The notes under the pieces: generated by a model
What the model saw: only the letters and a program-made list of their open reading frames with translations
Told to the model about the DNA's origin: nothing
The model's database searches: none
Origin: Escherichia coli
GTDB lineage: Bacteria; Pseudomonadota; Gammaproteobacteria; Enterobacterales; Enterobacteriaceae
DNA: 64,000 nt
Assembly: GCF_044647545.1 (NCBI RefSeq)
Contig: NZ_CP172818.1
Strand: one strand, 5' to 3'
Part shown: positions 9,954-23,206 of the stretch, piece by piece
Position numbering within the stretch: position 1 is the stretch's first letter
How the letters are laid out: every line of letters starts with the position of its first letter
Position numbers and translations under genes: made by a program

Positions 9954-10676
9954 GTCTTCTTCCTGTGCTTTATGGCCTTCGACAATCAGTACCATTTCGC
10001 CTTTGCGACGGTTTTCATCTTCTTTGACCCACGCCAGCAGCTCGCCAACGGGCGCGCCGTGAATGGTTTCCCAGGTTTTGGTCAGCTCACGCGCCAGAAC
10101 GACGTAGCGGGATTCGCCTAATACCGCAACGATATCTTCCAGGCTATCTAACAGACGGTGGGTAGATTCATAAAAAATCAGCGTGCGCGGCTCCGCTTCA
10201 ATGGCTTTTAGCGCATCACGGCGGCCTTTTGATTTGGCAGGTAAAAAGCCTTCATAACAAAAACGATCGGATGGTAAACCCGCGGCGCTTAACGCAGTGA
10301 TAGCAGCACACGGCCCGGGTAGCGGCACCACGCGAATCCCCGCTTCACGGCAGGTACGCACCAGATGGTAGCCAGGATCGTTAATTAGCGGCGTTCCGGC
10401 ATCGGAAACCAGCGCAATGTTTTGCCCCTCTTGCAGCTTCGCCAGCAGCGTTTCGGCTTTTTGTTGTTCGTTATGGTCGTGCAGCGCAAACAACCGAGCA
10501 TTAATCCCAAAATGTTGCAGCAATAAACCGGTGTGACGCGTATCCTCGGCGGCAATCAGATCAACGGCCTGTAATACCTCCAACGCACGCTGGGTGATAT
10601 CCGCCAGATTGCCGATTGGCGTCGGTACAATGTAAAGCTGGCCCTGAGAATTATCCGCCGATTGGTGTTGTTTCAT
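9717..10676 (-). CDS. rsmI: RsmI 16S rRNA 2'-O-ribose C1402 methyltransferase, with a C-terminal read-through tail into antisense agaI
   Basis: 319-aa ORF versus a recalled 286 aa for RsmI; N-terminus [35 protein letters not shown]... recognised; the tail after ...KYALEQQGE is antisense of agaI. Confidence 0.8.
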
Positions 10677-10740
10677 TGTGTCGTCCGTATTGCCGATTTA
10701 ATATTGAGCATTGCGTAAAAAAAATATCACTGGATACATT

Positions 10741-12777
10741 ATGGTACCCTCAACATTTTCTCGTTTGAAAGCCGCGCGTTGTCTGCCTGTTGTTCTGGCA
10801 GCCCTGATTTTCGCCGGTTGTGGCACCCATACTCCCGATCAGTCCACTGCTTATATGCAGGGCACGGCGCAGGCTGATTCTGCCTTTTACCTGCAACAGA
10901 TGCAGCAAAGTTCTGATGATACCAGGATCAACTGGCAATTACTCGCCATTCGTGCACTGGTGAAAGAAGGTAAAACCGGACAGGCGGTGGAGTTGTTTAA
11001 CCAACTACCGCAAGAACTGAACGATTCTCAGCGTCGCGAGAAAACACTGCTGGCGGCAGAGATTAAACTGGCGCAGAAAGATTTTGCTGGCGCGCAAAAC
11101 TTGCTGGCGAAAATCACACCTGCAGATTTAGAACAAAACCAGCAAGCGCGTTACTGGCAGGCAAAAATCGATGCCAGCCAGGGGCGTCCTTCCATTGATT
11201 TACTGCGCGCGTTAATTGCTCAGGAACCGCTGCTCGGCGCGAAAGAAAAGCAGCAGAATATTGACGTCACCTGGCAGGCGCTCTCCTCCATGACTCAGGA
11301 ACAGGCGAATACGCTGGTGATCAATGCCGACGAAAATATTCTGCAAGGCTGGTTGGATCTGCAGCGCATCTGGTTTGATAACCGTAACGATCCCGACATG
11401 ATGAAAGCCGGGATCGCCGACTGGCAGAAACGTTATCCGAACAACCCGGGCGCGAAAATGCTGCCAACGCAGTTGGTTAACGTAAAAGCGTTTAAACCAG
11501 CATCGACCAACAAAATCGCCCTGCTGTTGCCACTGAATGGCCAGGCAGCGGTATTTGGTCGCACTATTCAGCAAGGCTTTGAAGCGGCGAAAAATATCGG
11601 CACTCAGCCAGTGGCGGCCCAGGTAGCTGCCGCACCTGCCGCAGACGTAGCAGAACAACCTCAGCCGCAAACCGTGGATGGCGTTGCCAGCCCGGCACAA
11701 GCCTCGGTTAGCGATCTGACCGGTGAACAACCTGCGGCCCAGCCGGTGCCTGTAAGCGCCCCGGTGGCAACCACCGCAGCGGTAAGCGCACCCGCGAATC
11801 CATCCGCAGAGCTGAAAATCTACGATACATCATCACAACCACTTAGCCAGATCCTCAACCAGGTTCAACAGGATGGTGCGAGTATTGTGGTCGGTCCGTT
11901 GCTGAAAAATAACGTTGAAGAGTTGCTGAAGAGCAACACTCCGCTGAACGTGCTGGCACTGAACCAGCCGGAGAATATCGAAAACCGCGTCAATATTTGT
12001 TACTTCGCGCTTTCACCGGAAGACGAAGCGCGCGATGCAGCGCGTCATATTCGTGACCAGGGTAAACAAGCGCCGCTGGTGCTGATCCCACGCAGTTCAT
12101 TGGGCGATCGCGTAGCCAATGCGTTTGCGCAAGAGTGGCAGAAACTGGGTGGCAGCACCGTTCTGCAACAAAAATTTGGTTCCACCAGCGAATTACGCGC
12201 GGGTGTTAACGGCGGTTCTGGTATTGCTTTAACGGGTAGCCCGATTACTCCCAGAGCGACAACCGACTCCGGCATGACGACCAACAATCCAACGCTGCAA
12301 ACCACGCCAACCGATGACCAGTTCACCAATAATGGCGGTCGTGTCGATGCGGTGTACATTGTGGCAACGCCGGGTGAAATCGCTTTTATCAAACCAATGA
12401 TCGCCATGCGTAACGGTAGCCAGAGCGGTGCAACGCTGTACGCCAGCTCCCGCAGTGCGCAAGGGACCGCGGGCCCGGATTTCCGCCTGGAGATGGAAGG
12501 CTTGCAGTACAGCGAAATCCCGATGCTGGCAGGCGGTAATCTGCCGTTAATGCAGCAGGCGCTCAGCGCGGTGAACAACGATTATTCGCTGGCTCGCATG
12601 TATGCGATGGGCGTCGATGCCTGGTCGTTGGCAAATCATTTCTCACAAATGCGCCAGGTTCAGGGTTTTGAAATCAACGGTAATACCGGAAGTCTGACGG
12701 CTAACCCGGATTGCGTAATTAACAGGAAGTTATCATGGCTACAGTACCAACAAGGTCAGGTAGTCCCCGCCAGTTAA
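10741..12777 (+). CDS. lpoA: LpoA outer-membrane lipoprotein activator of PBP1A
   Basis: ATG at 10741 ([27 protein letters not shown] lipoprotein signal), 678 aa; the track ORF begins 10 codons upstream. Confidence 0.9.
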   Translation: MVPSTFSRLKAARCLPVVLAALIFAGCGTHTPDQSTAYMQGTAQADSAFYLQQMQQSSDDTRINWQLLAIRALVKEGKTGQAVELFNQLPQELNDSQRREKTLLAAEIKLAQKDFAGAQNLLAKITPADLEQNQQARYWQAKIDASQGRPSIDLLRALIAQEPLLGAKEKQQNIDVTWQALSSMTQEQANTLVINADENILQGWLDLQRIWFDNRNDPDMMKAGIADWQKRYPNNPGAKMLPTQLVNVKAFKPASTNKIALLLPLNGQAAVFGRTIQQGFEAAKNIGTQPVAAQVAAAPAADVAEQPQPQTVDGVASPAQASVSDLTGEQPAAQPVPVSAPVATTAAVSAPANPSAELKIYDTSSQPLSQILNQVQQDGASIVVGPLLKNNVEELLKSNTPLNVLALNQPENIENRVNICYFALSPEDEARDAARHIRDQGKQAPLVLIPRSSLGDRVANAFAQEWQKLGGSTVLQQKFGSTSELRAGVNGGSGIALTGSPITPRATTDSGMTTNNPTLQTTPTDDQFTNNGGRVDAVYIVATPGEIAFIKPMIAMRNGSQSGATLYASSRSAQGTAGPDFRLEMEGLQYSEIPMLAGGNLPLMQQALSAVNNDYSLARMYAMGVDAWSLANHFSQMRQVQGFEINGNTGSLTANPDCVINRKLSWLQYQQGQVVPAS

Positions 12778-13130
12778 CCACTAAACAGACCGGCGATGCG
12801 TGGGAAGCACAAGCGCGTCGCTGGCTGGAGAGCAAAGGACTGCGGTTTGTCGCCGCTAACGTGAACGAGCGTGGCGGCGAGATCGATCTGATAATGCGTG
12901 AAGGCCGGACCACCGTTTTTGTCGAGGTGCGTTACCGCCGCTCTGCGCTTTATGGCGGCGCGGCAGCCAGTGTGACCCGCAGCAAACAACACAAATTATT
13001 ACAGACTGCCCGCTTGTGGCTCGCGCGTCATAATGGGAGTTTTGATACTGTGGATTGCCGGTTCGATGTGGTAGCCTTCACCGGGAATGAGGTTGAGTGG
13101 ATTAAGGATGCCTTTAATGACCACTCATAA
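12735..13130 (+). CDS. yraN: YraN, UPF0102 family protein (putative endonuclease-like)
   Basis: 131-aa ORF overlapping the lpoA 3' end. Confidence 0.85.
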   Translation: MATVPTRSGSPRQLTTKQTGDAWEAQARRWLESKGLRFVAANVNERGGEIDLIMREGRTTVFVEVRYRRSALYGGAAASVTRSKQHKLLQTARLWLARHNGSFDTVDCRFDVVAFTGNEVEWIKDAFNDHS

Positions 13131-13149
13131 TTAAGGTTTAAGGATTAGC

Positions 13150-13740
13150 GTGCAAGAAAGAATTAAAGCTTGCTTCACTGAAAGCATTCAAACTCAAATT
13201 GCGGCGGCAGAGGCGCTTCCGGATGCCATCTCGCGTGCAGCTATGACGCTGGTTCAGTCTCTGCTCAATGGCAACAAAATCCTCTGTTGTGGTAATGGAA
13301 CTTCCGCTGCCAATGCACAGCATTTTGCTGCCAGCATGATCAACCGTTTCGAAACGGAGCGGCCCAGCTTACCTGCCATTGCACTAAATACTGATAATGT
13401 TGTCTTAACGGCAATTGCCAACGATCGCTTACATGATGAAGTGTATGCAAAACAGGTGCGGGCGCTGGGTCATGCGGGAGATGTATTGTTAGCCATTTCC
13501 ACCCGTGGCAACAGCCGCGATATTGTAAAAGCGGTAGAAGCTGCCGTTACGCGTGATATGACCATTGTGGCATTAACCGGCTATGACGGCGGTGAACTTG
13601 CAGGTTTGTTAGGGCCACAGGATGTGGAGATCCGCATTCCTTCGCATCGTAGTGCTCGCATTCAGGAGATGCATATGCTGACGGTAAATTGCCTGTGCGA
13701 TCTGATCGATAACACGCTTTTCCCTCACCAGGATGTTTAA
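13150..13740 (+). CDS. diaA: DiaA DnaA initiator-associating protein (SIS domain)
   Basis: 196-aa ORF, GTG start. Confidence 0.9.
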
Positions 13741-13749
13741 GGAGAATAC

Positions 13750-14325
13750 ATGAAGGCATTATCGCCAATCGCAGTCCTTATTTCCGCGCTGCTGTTGCAA
13801 GGTTGTGTTGCCGCTGCCGTAGTGGGTACTGCTGCTGTGGGTACCAAAGCCGCAACTGACCCACGCAGTGTCGGCACCCAGGTGGACGATGGTACCCTGG
13901 AAGTGCGCGTGAACAGCGCATTGTCGAAAGACGAACAAATTAAGAAAGAAGCGCGCATTAATGTAACGGCCTATCAGGGCAAAGTGCTGCTAGTTGGGCA
14001 GTCACCAAACGCTGAACTTTCGGCTCGCGCTAAACAAATTGCGATGGGCGTAGACGGTGCCAACGAAGTGTATAACGAGATTCGTCAGGGCCAGCCGATT
14101 GGTCTGGGCGAAGCGTCTAACGATACGTGGATCACCACCAAAGTGCGTTCGCAGCTCTTAACCAGCGATCTGGTGAAATCGTCCAACGTGAAAGTGACCA
14201 CCGAAAACGGTGAAGTGTTCCTGATGGGGCTGGTGACTGAACGTGAAGCGAAAGCGGCGGCAGATATTGCCAGCCGGGTAAGCGGCGTGAAGCGGGTAAC
14301 CACGGCGTTTACGTTTATTAAATAA
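13750..14325 (+). CDS. dolP: DolP (YraP) dual-BON-domain outer-membrane lipoprotein
   Basis: 191-aa ORF with lipoprotein signal LLLQGC. Confidence 0.9.
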   Translation: MKALSPIAVLISALLLQGCVAAAVVGTAAVGTKAATDPRSVGTQVDDGTLEVRVNSALSKDEQIKKEARINVTAYQGKVLLVGQSPNAELSARAKQIAMGVDGANEVYNEIRQGQPIGLGEASNDTWITTKVRSQLLTSDLVKSSNVKVTTENGEVFLMGLVTEREAKAAADIASRVSGVKRVTTAFTFIK

Positions 14326-14440
14326 GCCATTGATCGGTCGTTGAAGTAAATATTCACACCTTAGCCGACCTGTTCCCCTCACCCTAACCCTCCCCAAACC
14401 GAAAGGGGACAGATCAGGCTGTATTCAGGAGCATCCAACA

Positions 14441-15481
14441 TCAGGCCAACAGCGCCAACCCGCCGACAATCACACCAGACACTGCCACCATCGCCCCTGT
14501 CAGCCATAAGGCTTTCGCCGGGAACGCTTTGCGCAGCATAATCAGTGACGGCAAACTCACCGCCGGGAGCGTCATCAACAATGCCAGCGCCGGAGCGGTT
14601 CCCATGCCTGCCAGCATCATCGTTTGTACAATCGGAATTTCTGCTGCCGTGGGAATGACAAACAAGCATCCTGCCACCGCCATCGCCACCACCCACATCA
14701 GGCTGTTATCGACAGCACCATCGGCATGGGGGAATAACCAGACGCGAGCGGCACCCAACACCAGTACTGCAAGGATGTAAACCGGGATCGTACTCCAGAA
14801 AAGCGTCCATAGCGCCCTGCCCCAGCGGCTAAAAAATCCTCCCTGTGCTTCCGGTATGTCAATTTCGACCGGTGCCTGCGTTTGCGGTGTTTCACGCACC
14901 CATTTTTGCACCAGCGTCGCAATCAGCAACACCATCACCAGCCCCGCCACCAGACGAATCGCGGCAAAGCCCCAGCCAAGGACAAATCCCATGAATACCA
15001 GCGTCGCCGGGTTTAACAACGGATTCCCCATCCAGAATGCCAGCGCGCCCCCCATCGATACCTGTTGACGCCGCATTCCCGCCGCGACCGGAGCCGCACA
15101 GCAGGTACACATCATGCCCGGCAGCGAAAACAGCGTTCCCAGCAGCGTGCCGCGAAAGCGCGATTGCCCAAGCGTACGCAATAACCAGTCACGCGGGATC
15201 AGCACCTGAATCAACGACCCGAGCAGTACGCCCAGCACCGCCGCTTTCCATACCGCGAGGAAATAGATCATCGCGTAATCCAACGCCGCCTGCCACGGAT
15301 TAGCATCCGCCTGCGCAAGGATAGATTTACCGATACTGTGGGTTTCGGCAGCAGTAAACGCTTTGCCGTAGTAAGGTTGCCATTTCACATACCAGAGACC
15401 AGCAATGACAACGAGAAAGAAAAGCGCGGGTTTCCACCACTGAATGGGCGTTGCCGCCTGAGATGAAGACTGACCAGTCAT
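14441..15481 (-). CDS. yraQ: YraQ putative permease
   Basis: 346-aa hydrophobic ORF. Confidence 0.88.
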   Translation of the reverse strand: MTGQSSSQAATPIQWWKPALFFLVVIAGLWYVKWQPYYGKAFTAAETHSIGKSILAQADANPWQAALDYAMIYFLAVWKAAVLGVLLGSLIQVLIPRDWLLRTLGQSRFRGTLLGTLFSLPGMMCTCCAAPVAAGMRRQQVSMGGALAFWMGNPLLNPATLVFMGFVLGWGFAAIRLVAGLVMVLLIATLVQKWVRETPQTQAPVEIDIPEAQGGFFSRWGRALWTLFWSTIPVYILAVLVLGAARVWLFPHADGAVDNSLMWVVAMAVAGCLFVIPTAAEIPIVQTMMLAGMGTAPALALLMTLPAVSLPSLIMLRKAFPAKALWLTGAMVAVSGVIVGGLALLA

Positions 15482-15553
15482 AGCATTCCCCAGGAATAAG
15501 ATATGATAATTGAGCGCGTGAATATTACGCTCACTATCATTTCTTGGGAATAA

Positions 15554-16199
<646 letters not shown>

Positions 16200-16226
16200 T
16201 TACAGAATTGTCTGCCTTGCGCTCCC

Positions 16227-16303
<77 letters not shown>

Positions 16304-16304
16304 T

Positions 16305-16814
<510 letters not shown>

Positions 16815-16835
<21 letters not shown>

Positions 16836-17258
16836 GTTACGTAGCCAGATCATTTTTTTACCAAAGCCCAGCGTGTTGTCGGTGAATTTGATTTCATCAA
16901 GCCGGATTTCCCACACCGGTGCCGACAGCATTCTGGCAACCGGAAAGCGACGATTGTACGCCTGGCGCGCAAGGTCGCTTTCCTCACCTTCAAGCCTGCG
17001 GATCTCGCCTTTAAATTGCACGCCGCGAATTAACGCTACCGTTTTCGGCTGACCGTTTACCGTTCCGGCAACTGCCGCCTGCGGCCCACTCATCTGCGCG
17101 TGGCGCGTTTTTTCTTCCGTCAAAATGTAGAAGGCGACTTTCTGTGTATCAAAAAGATAAAAGGCATTAGCGCACCAGAGTTCCCCTTCCTGCTGTACAC
17201 ACCAGGTGACAACATGTTGTTTTTCCAGCCAACGGCTGATGGCGGTGAGTGTTTCCAT
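16815..17258 (-). CDS. yhbP: YhbP, UPF0306 family protein
   Basis: 147-aa ORF; convergent with yhbO, 3' ends overlap by 21 nt. Confidence 0.88.
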
Positions 17259-17308
17259 TGCTGTTCTCTTTTATACTGTGGGCCTGACCTTAACATGCGA
17301 CGCAGACG

Positions 17309-17611
17309 ATGACACCCTGGTTTCTTTACTTGATCCGTACCGCCGACAATAAGCTTTATACCGGGATCACCACAGATGTCGAACGCCGCTATCAGCAGCA
17401 CCAAAGCGGCAAAGGGGCGAAAGCACTGCGCGGGAAAGGAGAACTAACGCTGGCGTTTTCCGCGCCAGTAGGCGATCGTTCGCTGGCACTACGGGCGGAA
17501 TATCGCGTTAAGCAACTGACCAAACGGCAAAAAGAGCGTCTGGTAGCGGAAGGCACAGGGTTTGCAGAACTGTTGAGCAGCCTGCAAACCCCAAAGATTA
17601 AAAGCGATTGA
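17309..17611 (+). CDS. yhbQ: YhbQ, GIY-YIG domain protein
   Basis: 100-aa ORF. Confidence 0.88.
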   Translation: MTPWFLYLIRTADNKLYTGITTDVERRYQQHQSGKGAKALRGKGELTLAFSAPVGDRSLALRAEYRVKQLTKRQKERLVAEGTGFAELLSSLQTPKIKSD

Positions 17612-18101
17612 AGTGCTCGTGATACTCAACCAGACCAGTTACACCGTTCAGCGCGTCATCCGCTAAACGATGTACCTGGAAGGCACTTTCAGTGCCCGGC
17701 CAGCGGCAACGCAGATCGTGATGTGCCGCCAGTTCAAAGCCGAAACGGCTGTACAGCGCCGGATCGCCCAGCGTCACCACTGCGGCATAGCCGAACTCAT
17801 TAAGCGAATCGAGTCCTTCATAGACCAGTTGGCGTGCCAGCCCCTGTCCACGGTATTTTTCATCTACCGCCAGCGGTGCCATGCCGACCCATTGCAGGTC
17901 TTCGCCCTGCACATCAACCGGACTAAATGCCACATAGCCAATGACCTGACCTTCGTCATCTGTCGCCACCAGCCCCAGCGTCAGAAAGCCATCTTCACGC
18001 AGATCGTGAACCAGCTTCGCTTCCGCATCACTTTCGAATGAACGACGCAGCAGGGCATCAATACCCGGCGCATCAATGGGAATTTCTACTCGAATTAGCA
18101 T
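17598..18101 (-). CDS. yhbS: YhbS, GNAT-family N-acetyltransferase
   Basis: 167-aa ORF. Confidence 0.88.
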   Translation of the reverse strand: MLIRVEIPIDAPGIDALLRRSFESDAEAKLVHDLREDGFLTLGLVATDDEGQVIGYVAFSPVDVQGEDLQWVGMAPLAVDEKYRGQGLARQLVYEGLDSLNEFGYAAVVTLGDPALYSRFGFELAAHHDLRCRWPGTESAFQVHRLADDALNGVTGLVEYHEHFNRF

Positions 18102-18619
18102 GGTTCACCTACCGATGTCTGTTTGGTTTCAGGCGCGGTTTTCATTCCCGCCTCAACAAAATCCGCCAGTTGCAGCAGCATCATGCGTAAGGCTTTCGGC
18201 ATTTGCTCCAGTTCAATGGCGTCCATCAGGTTTTTCACATACAGCCCCAGCTCCGTATCGCCTTCAATTACCAGCCGACGCTGGAAGAAGAGCGTATCCG
18301 GATCTTGTTTACGCGCCGCAATCATCAGCAGATCGCTGGCGTCGGCACTAAAACTCACATCAGCTTGCGCGTTCTGGCTAACGACCAGTTTGCCATTCAC
18401 CACCGAGGTAAACCATTGCAGGTCAATATCACGCACATGAATACTTAACCAGCGGCCTTCAAGAAACTCCAGCTCGCCATCATCCAACGCCTGGCGGAAT
18501 TGCCAGCTTAAGACCTGCTCAAGAACCTGGCGTTTTAGCGCAAATGGCGTCAGTTTTACCGGTACACTCAACAGAGATGGCCCCAAATGCACAATACGGG
18601 AACGCAGTTTATCCAACAC
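18095..18619 (-). CDS. ubiT: UbiT (YhbT), SCP2-domain protein of O2-independent ubiquinone biosynthesis
   Basis: 174 aa from GTG at 18619; the track ORF begins 8 codons upstream. Confidence 0.85.
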   Translation of the reverse strand: MLDKLRSRIVHLGPSLLSVPVKLTPFALKRQVLEQVLSWQFRQALDDGELEFLEGRWLSIHVRDIDLQWFTSVVNGKLVVSQNAQADVSFSADASDLLMIAARKQDPDTLFFQRRLVIEGDTELGLYVKNLMDAIELEQMPKALRMMLLQLADFVEAGMKTAPETKQTSVGEPC

Positions 18620-18827
18620 GAGTTTTACTCCCTGTTTCAACAATCATCCTATTTTGCCATATCAGAAAAATAACATAGCGGTATAAATCAACAATTCCAT
18701 ATGAAATTGCTGCTACCACCAATACAACTTTAACTGCCTTAAATCAAAAATTGTCGCAGCAAGGTTAACTAAAATCCCAGTTCGTTAACATTTTTGCGCT
18801 TTGATAGCGCAACCTTCAGGAAAAATT

Positions 18828-19823
18828 ATGGAGCTGCTCTGCCCTGCCGGAAATCTCCCGGCGCTTAAGGCGGCCATCGAAAACGGCGCAGATGCTGTTT
18901 ATATCGGGCTAAAAGATGATACCAATGCCCGTCACTTCGCCGGCCTTAACTTTACCGAGAAAAAATTGCAGGAAGCGGTGAGTTTTGTCCATCAACATCG
19001 CCGCAAACTTCACATCGCGATTAACACTTTTGCGCATCCGGACGGTTACGCCCGCTGGCAGCGCGCCGTGGATATGGCGGCGCAGCTGGGTGCCGACGCG
19101 CTGATCCTCGCCGACCTCGCCATGCTGGAGTACGCCGCCGAGCGTTACCCGCATATTGAGCGTCATGTGTCAGTGCAGGCTTCGGCGACCAATGAAGAGG
19201 CGATTAACTTTTATCATCGCCATTTTGACGTTGCCCGCGTGGTGCTGCCGCGCGTGTTGTCGATTCATCAGGTGAAACAACTGGCACGGGTCACACCTAT
19301 CCCGCTGGAAGTGTTTGCTTTCGGCAGCCTGTGCATTATGTCGGAAGGCCGTTGCTATCTGTCGTCGTATCTGACGGGTGAGTCGCCCAACACTGTGGGT
19401 GCGTGTTCTCCGGCCCGTTTCGTGCGCTGGCAACAAACGCCGCAGGGGCTGGAATCCCGCCTGAACGAAGTGCTGATCGACCGTTATCAGGACGGCGAAA
19501 ACGCAGGTTATCCGACGCTGTGTAAAGGGCGTTATCTGGTGGACGGCGAGCGCTATCACGCGCTGGAAGAACCCACCAGTCTCAATACCCTGGAACTGCT
19601 GCCGGAGTTAATGGCAGCGAATATTGCTTCGGTGAAAATTGAAGGCCGCCAGCGTAGCCCGGCGTATGTCAGCCAGGTGGCGAAAGTCTGGCGTCAGGCT
19701 ATCGACCGTTGTAAGGCCGATCCGCAAAACTTCGTACCGCAAAGCGCGTGGATGGAGACGCTCGGGTCGATGTCCGAAGGCACGCAGACCACCCTTGGCG
19801 CGTATCACCGTAAATGGCAGTGA
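18828..19823 (+). CDS. ubiU: UbiU (YhbU), U32 peptidase-family protein of anaerobic ubiquinone biosynthesis
   Basis: ATG at 18828 (MELLCPAGNLPALKAAIENGADAVYIGL), 331 aa. Confidence 0.9.
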   Translation: MELLCPAGNLPALKAAIENGADAVYIGLKDDTNARHFAGLNFTEKKLQEAVSFVHQHRRKLHIAINTFAHPDGYARWQRAVDMAAQLGADALILADLAMLEYAAERYPHIERHVSVQASATNEEAINFYHRHFDVARVVLPRVLSIHQVKQLARVTPIPLEVFAFGSLCIMSEGRCYLSSYLTGESPNTVGACSPARFVRWQQTPQGLESRLNEVLIDRYQDGENAGYPTLCKGRYLVDGERYHALEEPTSLNTLELLPELMAANIASVKIEGRQRSPAYVSQVAKVWRQAIDRCKADPQNFVPQSAWMETLGSMSEGTQTTLGAYHRKWQ

Positions 19824-19831
19824 GAAGAGCA

Positions 19832-20710
19832 ATGAAATATTCCTTAGGGCCAGTGCTGTGGTACTGGCCAAAAGAGACGCTGGAAGAATTTTATCAGCAG
19901 GCCGCCGCCAGCAGCGCCGACGTGATTTATCTTGGTGAAGCGGTCTGTAGCAAACGCCGGGCAACCAAAGTTGGCGACTGGCTGGAGATGGCAAAATCGC
20001 TCGCCGGAAGTGGCAAGCAGATTGTGCTCTCCACGCTGGCACTGGTGCAGGCATCCTCCGAACTGGGCGAACTGAAACGCTATGTTGAGAACGGTGAGTT
20101 TCTGATTGAAGCCAGCGATCTCGGCGTGGTGAATATGTGCGCTGAACGCAAACTGCCGTTCGTCGCCGGGCACGCGCTGAACTGCTACAACGCGGTGACG
20201 CTGAAAATATTGCTCAAACAGGGCATGATGCGCTGGTGTATGCCGGTGGAGCTTTCCCGCGACTGGTTGGTGAATCTGCTTAATCAGTGCGATGAGCTGG
20301 GCATTCGCAACCAGTTTGAAGTGGAAGTCCTGAGCTACGGTCATCTGCCGCTGGCCTACTCCGCCCGCTGCTTTACCGCGCGTTCGGAAGACCGCCCAAA
20401 AGATGAGTGTGAAACCTGCTGCATTAAGTATCCGAACGGGCGCAACGTGCTGTCGCAGGAAAACCAACAAGTGTTTGTACTCAATGGCATTCAGACCATG
20501 AGCGGCTACGTTTACAACCTCGGTAACGAGCTGGCATCCATGCAGGGGCTGGTCGATGTGGTCCGCCTGTCACCGCAGGGTACTGACACTTTCGCAATGC
20601 TCGACGCCTTCCGCGCTAATGAAAATGGCGCTGCGCCACTACCGCTGACGGCAAACAGCGACTGTAACGGCTACTGGCGGCGGCTGGCAGGACTGGAGCT
20701 GCAAGCCTAA
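19832..20710 (+). CDS. ubiV: UbiV (YhbV), U32 peptidase-family protein of anaerobic ubiquinone biosynthesis
   Basis: ATG at 19832 (MKYSLGPVLWYW), 292 aa, overlapping the ubiU 3' end. Confidence 0.9.
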   Translation: MKYSLGPVLWYWPKETLEEFYQQAAASSADVIYLGEAVCSKRRATKVGDWLEMAKSLAGSGKQIVLSTLALVQASSELGELKRYVENGEFLIEASDLGVVNMCAERKLPFVAGHALNCYNAVTLKILLKQGMMRWCMPVELSRDWLVNLLNQCDELGIRNQFEVEVLSYGHLPLAYSARCFTARSEDRPKDECETCCIKYPNGRNVLSQENQQVFVLNGIQTMSGYVYNLGNELASMQGLVDVVRLSPQGTDTFAMLDAFRANENGAAPLPLTANSDCNGYWRRLAGLELQA

Positions 20711-20790
20711 GCAAATAGCTCACTTTGTTAACAACTTTAACTACTCTTTAATGCAGTATTAAAGATTAATCGGTAACAAAGTGAGCTGTT

Positions 20791-21798
20791 ATGACTGATA
20801 AAACCATTCCGTTTTCGCTACTCGATCTGGCCCCTATTCCCGAAGGTTCTTCAGCGCGAGAAGCGTTCTCCCACTCTCTCGACCTCGCCCGTCTGGCTGA
20901 AAAGCGCGGCTATCATCGCTACTGGCTGGCTGAACACCACAATATGACCGGTATTGCCAGTGCTGCAACATCAGTTTTGATTGGCTATCTGGCGGCGAAT
21001 ACCACTACGCTGCATCTGGGGTCTGGCGGTGTGATGTTGCCTAATCACTCACCATTGGTGATCGCCGAACAGTTCGGCACGCTTAATACGTTCTATCCGG
21101 GGCGAATCGATTTGGGGCTGGGTCGCGCGCCGGGTAGTGACCAGCGAACCATGATGGCTCTACGTCGTCATATGAGCGGCGATATTGATAATTTTCCCCG
21201 CGATGTCGCGGAGCTGGTGGACTGGTTTGACGCCCGCGATCCCAATCCGCATGTGCGCCCGGTACCAGGCTATGGCGAGAAAATCCCCGTGTGGTTGTTA
21301 GGCTCCAGCCTTTACAGCGCGCAACTGGCGGCGCAGCTTGGTCTGCCGTTTGCGTTTGCCTCACACTTCGCGCCGGATATGTTGTTCCAGGCGCTGCATC
21401 TTTATCGCAGCAACTTCAAACCGTCGGCACGGTTGGAGAAACCGTATGCGATGGTGTGCATCAATATTATCGCCGCCGACAGCAACCGCGACGCTGAATT
21501 TCTGTTTACCTCGATGCAGCAAGCCTTTGTGAAGCTGCGCCGTGGCGAAACCGGGCAACTGCCGCCGCCGATTCAAAATATGGATCAGTTCTGGTCACCG
21601 TCCGAGCAGTATGGCGTGCAGCAGGCGCTGAGTATGTCGCTGGTGGGTGATAAAGCGAAAGTGCGTCATGGTTTGCAGTCGATCCTGCGCGAAACCGACG
21701 CCGATGAGATTATGGTTAACGGGCAGATTTTCGACCACCAGGCGCGCCTGCATTCGTTTGAGCTGGTGATGGATGTGAAGGAAGAATTATTGGGGTAG
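20791..21798 (+). CDS. yhbW: YhbW, luciferase-like monooxygenase family protein
   Basis: 335-aa ORF. Confidence 0.88.
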   Translation: MTDKTIPFSLLDLAPIPEGSSAREAFSHSLDLARLAEKRGYHRYWLAEHHNMTGIASAATSVLIGYLAANTTTLHLGSGGVMLPNHSPLVIAEQFGTLNTFYPGRIDLGLGRAPGSDQRTMMALRRHMSGDIDNFPRDVAELVDWFDARDPNPHVRPVPGYGEKIPVWLLGSSLYSAQLAAQLGLPFAFASHFAPDMLFQALHLYRSNFKPSARLEKPYAMVCINIIAADSNRDAEFLFTSMQQAFVKLRRGETGQLPPPIQNMDQFWSPSEQYGVQQALSMSLVGDKAKVRHGLQSILRETDADEIMVNGQIFDHQARLHSFELVMDVKEELLG

Positions 21799-21811
21799 TG
21801 TGTTTTAACGT

Positions 21812-21912
21812 AGGAAGCCTTATCCGAGATGGTAACGCTGTCCTACACAATGCCTGATAAGCGAAGCGCATCAGGCATTGTGTAGGCAGCAGAAATGTCG
21901 GATAAGGCACCG
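21812..21912. repeat. REP element cluster
   Basis: cctacacaatgcctgataagcgaagcgcatcaggcattgtgtagg palindrome plus flanking gccttatccg and cggataaggc units. Confidence 0.7.
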
Positions 21913-21916
21913 CTGA

Positions 21917-23161
21917 TTACTGATACACCGGCAGCAAATTAAAGCTCGATAAGATATGGACCAGTGCGTTGCCAACGCCAAATACCAGAATCAGCATAAT
22001 CATCGGCTTGCCGCCCCAGACGCGGAATTTCGGGCTACCAAAGCGTTTACGCGATGCGCGGGCCAACAGCGCCGGAACAATTGCCGCCCAGATGGTAGCC
22101 GCTAAGCCAGCATAACCAATGGCGTACAGGAATCCGTTAGGAAACAGCAGGCCACCCACAACAGGCGGGGCAAAGGTCAGCAACGCTGTTTTCAAACGGC
22201 CCATAGCCGAGTCGTCGAAACCAAACAGATCTGCCAGATAGTCAAACAAACCCAGCGTTACGCCAAGGAACGAACTCGCTACCGCAAAGTTTGAGAATAC
22301 GACCAGCAGAAGATCCAGGCTACGGCTGTTCAGCACGCCGCTTAACGCCTGTACCAGCACATCAATATTACCGCCCTTCTCGGCGATGCCGATAAACTCC
22401 GGACGAGGGATGTTGCCCATCGTCGCCAGCAACCAGATGGTATACAGCGCCAGCGCCATCAGCGTACCGTACACCAGGCATTTCACGATGGTTTTCGGAT
22501 CTTTGCCGTAATACTTCATCAGGCTCGGCACGTTACCGTGATAACCAAACGATGCCAGACAGAATGGCAGTGTCATCAGCAGATACGGCGCATAAGACGC
22601 ATTGCTTTCGGCGACGTTGAACAATGTCGCAGGCTGTACATGCCCCAGTAGGCTACCGAAGGTGAGGAAGAAGGTAATGACTTTCGCACCCAGCACAATC
22701 GCCGTCATCCGGCTGACCGCTTTGGTGCTCAACCACACCACAAACGCCACCAGCAGTGCAAAACCAAAACCCGCTGCCCGTGCCGGGACGTTCAATGACA
22801 TCTCTGCGAAGGTATGATGCAGAATCGAACCGCTGGCAGAAATATAGGCATAGGTCAGGATATAGAGCACAAAGGCAATGGAAATGCCGTTGACCACGTT
22901 CCAGCCTTTGCCCAGCAAATCTTTGGTGATGGTGTCAAAGCTAGAACCGATTCGGTAATTCAGGTTAGCTTCCAGAATCATCAAGCCGGAATGCAGCATA
23001 CAGAACCAGGTAAAGATCAGCGCCGCCATTGACCAGAAGAACCACGCCCCGGACATGACCACAGGCAGAGAAAACATCCCTGCGCCAATAATGGTGCCGC
23101 CGATAATCACCACGCCGCCAAGCAGCGACGGTGACGTTTGGGTGGTGGTTAGTGTTGCCAT
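21917..23161 (-). CDS. mtr: Mtr, high-affinity tryptophan permease
   Basis: 414-aa hydrophobic ORF. Confidence 0.92.
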   Translation of the reverse strand: MATLTTTQTSPSLLGGVVIIGGTIIGAGMFSLPVVMSGAWFFWSMAALIFTWFCMLHSGLMILEANLNYRIGSSFDTITKDLLGKGWNVVNGISIAFVLYILTYAYISASGSILHHTFAEMSLNVPARAAGFGFALLVAFVVWLSTKAVSRMTAIVLGAKVITFFLTFGSLLGHVQPATLFNVAESNASYAPYLLMTLPFCLASFGYHGNVPSLMKYYGKDPKTIVKCLVYGTLMALALYTIWLLATMGNIPRPEFIGIAEKGGNIDVLVQALSGVLNSRSLDLLLVVFSNFAVASSFLGVTLGLFDYLADLFGFDDSAMGRLKTALLTFAPPVVGGLLFPNGFLYAIGYAGLAATIWAAIVPALLARASRKRFGSPKFRVWGGKPMIMLILVFGVGNALVHILSSFNLLPVYQ

Positions 23162-23206
23162 GAGGGCTTCTCTCCAGTGAAAAATAGTGCGACTGCGTTG
23201 TTATGC

